Shown here: one piece after another, positions 28,505-32,000 of the stretch
Layout of the letters: every line of letters starts with the position of its first letter
How positions within the stretch are numbered: the first letter of the stretch is position 1
Assembly (NCBI GenBank): GCA_021498095.1
Contig: JAIZWK010000001.1
Coordinates: forward strand, 3,120,001 to 3,152,000
Direction of reading: 5' to 3'
Length of the DNA: 32,000 nt
Origin: Candidatus Harpocratesius repetitus
GTDB lineage: Archaea > Asgardarchaeota > Lokiarchaeia > Sigyniarchaeales > Promethearchaeaceae
Notes under the pieces: generated by a model
Database searches by the model: none
What the model saw: only the letters and a program-made list of their open reading frames with translations
Told to the model about the DNA's origin: nothing
Position numbers and translations under genes: made by a program

Positions 28505-29821
28505 TTAAAGATTAATTGTAATAGGGATATCCGCCGAAAATGGTCCTTTTCTATTTCCATCTTCATCTTTAAAGGTTACAACAGTTCGAATTGGAATTTC
28601 TCCGACATCAAATGCTTTTACTAGAATCTGCCAATGCATATCTTCATTAGGACTAAGCGAATAGATGTTCTTCTTAAGAGTGCCGCGCATCATCTTTAAA
28701 TCTTCTGGAAATTCGAATTCAATCTCAATTTCCATAGCATTACCATCGCTGTTATTTGATATGTGCACTTCAACAGGAAAAGATTGATTTATTACAGGAG
28801 TTTTCTGAGGTGTCAAAGTAATACCTAATACTGCATCTGGAGAAGTAATTTTTATATCTTTTCTCTCTGATTCTAAAGAAAAATTAAATTTCCCATCAAC
28901 ATTCATAACTAATTTAATCGGTCCAATAAAAGATGTGCCAGGAATATTTGATCGCAAGATATATCTAAGTTTTTCTTTCCCAAACTCTTTAAAATTTAAC
29001 TTTATGGGTAATTCGGGTCGTTCTTTTATACTTAGATTGTCTCCAATATTAATATGTAATTCAGAGATATTTAAAAGAGTGAATTCATGAGGGACTACCC
29101 TATAATTTGCAAATTCACATAATCTAGATGTATCTACTATTGCATTGACTTCAATCAAAGAATCTCGCTCATATTCAGTCTCTTCCAGTGGTATTTCAAG
29201 AAGTACCATTAATGATGCAAGAGCAACTACTAAAGATTCTTTAATTAATAAATTCTCCATTTCACTATATTGGAATAAGGAATAATTATCAAGCAAATCA
29301 TCAATATGTTTTTCATTTTTATTGATCACAGCATTTGTTACGTGTTGAACGATTTTTAACACTAAATTAGAATTAAATAAATCTGGACCTATTTGTGCTT
29401 TAAATCGTTTAACGTAAGTAATTCCCTCTTGATATTTACCTTGAACAAAATAACAGAGAAATGCAAATCCGATATTTTCTGCTGCAAATTCTTCTAACTT
29501 TGATTTTGCAGCTTTAAGAACAGATTTTGCAGCTACACTGAAATAATCACGTGCTTTTTGATAATCCAACAGCCGAAGAGCATCATTGGCAGCTTCCCTT
29601 TCAGCTAAAGCTGCTTGATAATATTTCCCTAATCGAGTTAAATTTTTGGAAGCATAGAAGAAACATTGTTCTGCCACCTTCCACTCTTGAAGTAAAGCGA
29701 AAATTTCACCAGCTTTTTTAAATTGAGATGCAGATTTCTTGTATTCTTCGTTATCTAACAAAATTTCTGCTTTATTCAGCGCAACTTTTGCCTTCTTTCG
29801 CAGTTTATCTTCATTAACCAT
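28505..29821 (-). CDS. TPR/SNAP-like alpha-solenoid protein with C-terminal Ig-like beta-sandwich domains
   Basis: N-terminal EEYKKSASQFKKAGEIFALLQEWKVAEQCFFYA helical repeats; C-terminal FPVEVHISNNSDGNAMEIEIEFEFPEDL...LSPNEDMHWQILV...GEIPI (DUF11/CARDB-like). Confidence 0.7.
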   Translation of the reverse strand: MVNEDKLRKKAKVALNKAEILLDNEEYKKSASQFKKAGEIFALLQEWKVAEQCFFYASKNLTRLGKYYQAALAEREAANDALRLLDYQKARDYFSVAAKSVLKAAKSKLEEFAAENIGFAFLCYFVQGKYQEGITYVKRFKAQIGPDLFNSNLVLKIVQHVTNAVINKNEKHIDDLLDNYSLFQYSEMENLLIKESLVVALASLMVLLEIPLEETEYERDSLIEVNAIVDTSRLCEFANYRVVPHEFTLLNISELHINIGDNLSIKERPELPIKLNFKEFGKEKLRYILRSNIPGTSFIGPIKLVMNVDGKFNFSLESERKDIKITSPDAVLGITLTPQKTPVINQSFPVEVHISNNSDGNAMEIEIEFEFPEDLKMMRGTLKKNIYSLSPNEDMHWQILVKAFDVGEIPIRTVVTFKDEDGNRKGPFSADIPITINL

Positions 29822-29983
29822 ATTAAGAAAAATGAATGCGGACTATATCTAAAATGTTTCTTATAATGTTAAAATCAAATAAAAATCGACTAAATTATAA
29901 TCGAATTTACTCTTTTTATAAGCAATTTGATATAAATTTAAAAAGATATATTTTTTAGGCAAGAATAATTAATTTTTTTTAAT

Positions 29984-30538
29984 ATGTTAAAAGAATCTGA
30001 ATGGAAGGAATTCATGGAATATTCTCGCTCATCTAAAGATGATTTCTTTAAATCTCATCCTCAATCACCTCTTTCTAAAAGTGATAGAGCCAATTTTGAT
30101 GGTTTGAATTATTTTCCCCTTAATTTTGCTTACCGTTTGATATTAAATTTGTATGAATATTCTGAGAAAGAAACAGTAGAAATTCAAGATACAGGTAATA
30201 ACTTACGCCATTATTTACGTTGGGGAAAATTTGAATTTACTTTAAAGGGAAAAAATGCTACACTTCATGTATACAAAAGTCAACCTTCTGATCCAAATCT
30301 TTTTCTGCCATTTCGCGACAAAACAAATGGTGATACAACTTATGGTGCAGGTCGTTATCTGGATTTAGAAGAAGGCCGGGATCAAACAGAAGATGGAAGA
30401 TGGATTGTCGATTTTAATCGTGCTTATAATCCATTTTGTGCTTACAGCAATAATTACGTTTGTCCCTTTGTACCGATAGAAAATTGGCTGGATATTCCAA
30501 TTGAAGCAGGAGAAAAAAAATTCAACGATGACCATTAA
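29984..30538 (+). CDS. DUF1684 domain protein
   Basis: FLPFRDKTNGDTTYGAGRYL, VDFNRAYNPFCAY, CP...N.L..IEAGEK. Confidence 0.9.
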   Translation: MLKESEWKEFMEYSRSSKDDFFKSHPQSPLSKSDRANFDGLNYFPLNFAYRLILNLYEYSEKETVEIQDTGNNLRHYLRWGKFEFTLKGKNATLHVYKSQPSDPNLFLPFRDKTNGDTTYGAGRYLDLEEGRDQTEDGRWIVDFNRAYNPFCAYSNNYVCPFVPIENWLDIPIEAGEKKFNDDH

Positions 30539-30570
30539 GGATGATCATTAAAGATTATTATTAAAGATGA
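30527..30570. repeat. Degenerate 13-nt tandem repeat spanning two convergent stop codons
   Basis: gatgaccattaag gatgatcattaaa gattattattaaa gatga. Confidence 0.7.
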
Positions 30571-32000
30571 AAGTTTTTTCACAATTTTTATTGCGTCCTT
30601 TCCTCCCATTCCTCCTGGAATGGTAAGATCCATAAAAATCAGATTGTATGGATCATTCTGAAGTGAATTCTTTTGAAGAAGCGACAAAATTTCATTTCCA
30701 TCATAACATGAATCCATTTGATAACCCCACTTATTAAATATCTTTTGTAGAAAACTATGTATTTTCTGATCATCATCCATTACTAAAATTTTTCCTTCTT
30801 TTTGAAGTAAAGAACTTCCTTTTTTTTCTAAAGGAGAAACATCTTGAATTTCTGAGATGGGAAGATAAATTTCAAATCGAGTACCTTTGTTGACTTCAGA
30901 AGTAAAAATTATATGTCCTCCGTGGTTTTTGACTATCGAATAAGCCATGGTCAACCCTAAACCATTCCCCCCAATTTTAGTTGAGAAATAAGGATCAAAG
31001 ATTTTTGACCAGTATTTTTTCGGGATTCCAATCCCTGTATCTTGAATTGCAATTTTGATATAACGCCCATTATTTAAGGGAATTAAAGAATCTGCATGAA
31101 GTAATACAACAGAAGCATATATTGTAATTATACCTCCTTCGGGCATAGCTTGTCTAGAATTAATTATCATATTATTTAGCACTTGACTGATTTGGCTAGA
31201 ATCAATTTTAACGTGAGGTAAAGCGGGTTGAATTCTAAATTTAGGCTTGCAATTTGAACCTCTTAAGACAAATCGGGCACTCTCTCGAATTAAACTATTA
31301 ATATTCGTTACTTTTCGGATGGGTAAACCTCCTTTTGAAAATGTTAACAGTTGTTTAGCCAAATCTCGCGCTTGAAAAGAAGCCGCTTCTAGATCGTAAA
31401 TAATATCAATTTGTTCTTCAGTTAAATTTGAAGCATCTATTTTAAGTAAATCAATATTCCCTAAGATAGATACTAAAATATTGTTAAAATCATGAGCTAT
31501 TCCCCCAGCCAGTAGTCCAATTGATTTAATATTCTGTTCACGATATTTTTCTTCGGTTTGCTTCTTCCTTTGTGTAATATCTCGAGCGATTACTAAAAGA
31601 CCAACATATTTATTTTCTCTGAAAATAATGCGAGAAAGGATTTCAACAGGAATAATTTCTCCATTTTTTAATTTTAATGCAATTTCATAAAGAGTTTTAT
31701 CTGTTTTTTGCATTTTTTTCAATAGTACCATTTTTTGGATTAAAGTATGAAATTCCTCAGGAATAAAATCAAGGGCAGAACAATCTATCAAATCCTGCTC
31801 TGAATATCCCATGATTTCTGAAACTGCAGGATTGATTTTTTTTATAATTAGATTATTATCAAGGAGAAAAATCATATCCCGCAAATTTTCAACAATTTCA
31901 CGATATTCTTGTTCCTTTTCAAGAACATCACGCTCGCTCTTTCTTTGAGCAGTAATATCACGAAAAAAAGTTAAGCTTTCATCTTGGATTTTAATATCCT
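30535..32000 (-). CDS. PAS-domain hybrid histidine kinase with truncated receiver; 5' end beyond window
   Basis: Frame open to the window edge (FFRDITAQRK...YREIVENLRDM). PAS domain; H-box GGIAHDFNN; N-box NMIINSRQAM; DTGIGIP; GNGLGL; REC ILVMDDD...FMDLTIPGG. Confidence 0.92.
   Translation of the reverse strand, partial: DIKIQDESLTFFRDITAQRKSERDVLEKEQEYREIVENLRDMIFLLDNNLIIKKINPAVSEIMGYSEQDLIDCSALDFIPEEFHTLIQKMVLLKKMQKTDKTLYEIALKLKNGEIIPVEILSRIIFRENKYVGLLVIARDITQRKKQTEEKYREQNIKSIGLLAGGIAHDFNNILVSILGNIDLLKIDASNLTEEQIDIIYDLEAASFQARDLAKQLLTFSKGGLPIRKVTNINSLIRESARFVLRGSNCKPKFRIQPALPHVKIDSSQISQVLNNMIINSRQAMPEGGIITIYASVVLLHADSLIPLNNGRYIKIAIQDTGIGIPKKYWSKIFDPYFSTKIGGNGLGLTMAYSIVKNHGGHIIFTSEVNKGTRFEIYLPISEIQDVSPLEKKGSSLLQKEGKILVMDDDQKIHSFLQKIFNKWGYQMDSCYDGNEILSLLQKNSLQNDPYNLIFMDLTIPGGMGGKDAIKIVKKLSSLIIIFNDHP

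Noticed and set aside
1-32000. tRNA, rRNA, selenoprotein/SECIS or pyrrolysine genes
   Set aside because: No cloverleaf, GC-rich structural RNA or conserved in-frame TGA was recognised by eye. tRNAscan-SE and Infernal would be needed to exclude them.

Overview
AT-rich archaeal DNA that looks like Asgard archaea (Lokiarchaeia/Promethearchaeum-like). This is inferred from an MglA/Arf-like GTPase, two longin-like proteins, a gelsolin-domain protein, an IPGY-TM-basic C-terminal sorting tail and archaeal housekeeping genes; no database search was run. About 1-13.5 kb is an accessory, partly decaying region. It holds a partial LRR gene missed by the ORF track, a 776-aa orphan, two inverted IS607-type tnpA relics, a GTPase, an ABC-2 exporter, a DUF1624-like membrane protein, a frameshifted BspA/DUF285 surface protein and a subtilase fragment. 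About 13.7-32 kb is more core-like: MIT/TPR, longin and ACT proteins, a MoxR-VWA pair, a His-phosphatase, a gelsolin-like protein, TauE, AbrB, DNA ligase, two AMP phosphorylase paralogues flanking a GHMP kinase, a SNAP-like TPR/Ig protein, DUF1684 and a PAS hybrid histidine kinase with a truncated receiver. The best candidate for an undescribed system is the AMP phosphorylase / GHMP kinase / AMP phosphorylase trio, possibly a new route into ribose-1,5-bisphosphate. No rRNA, tRNA, CRISPR array or reverse transcriptase was recognised.
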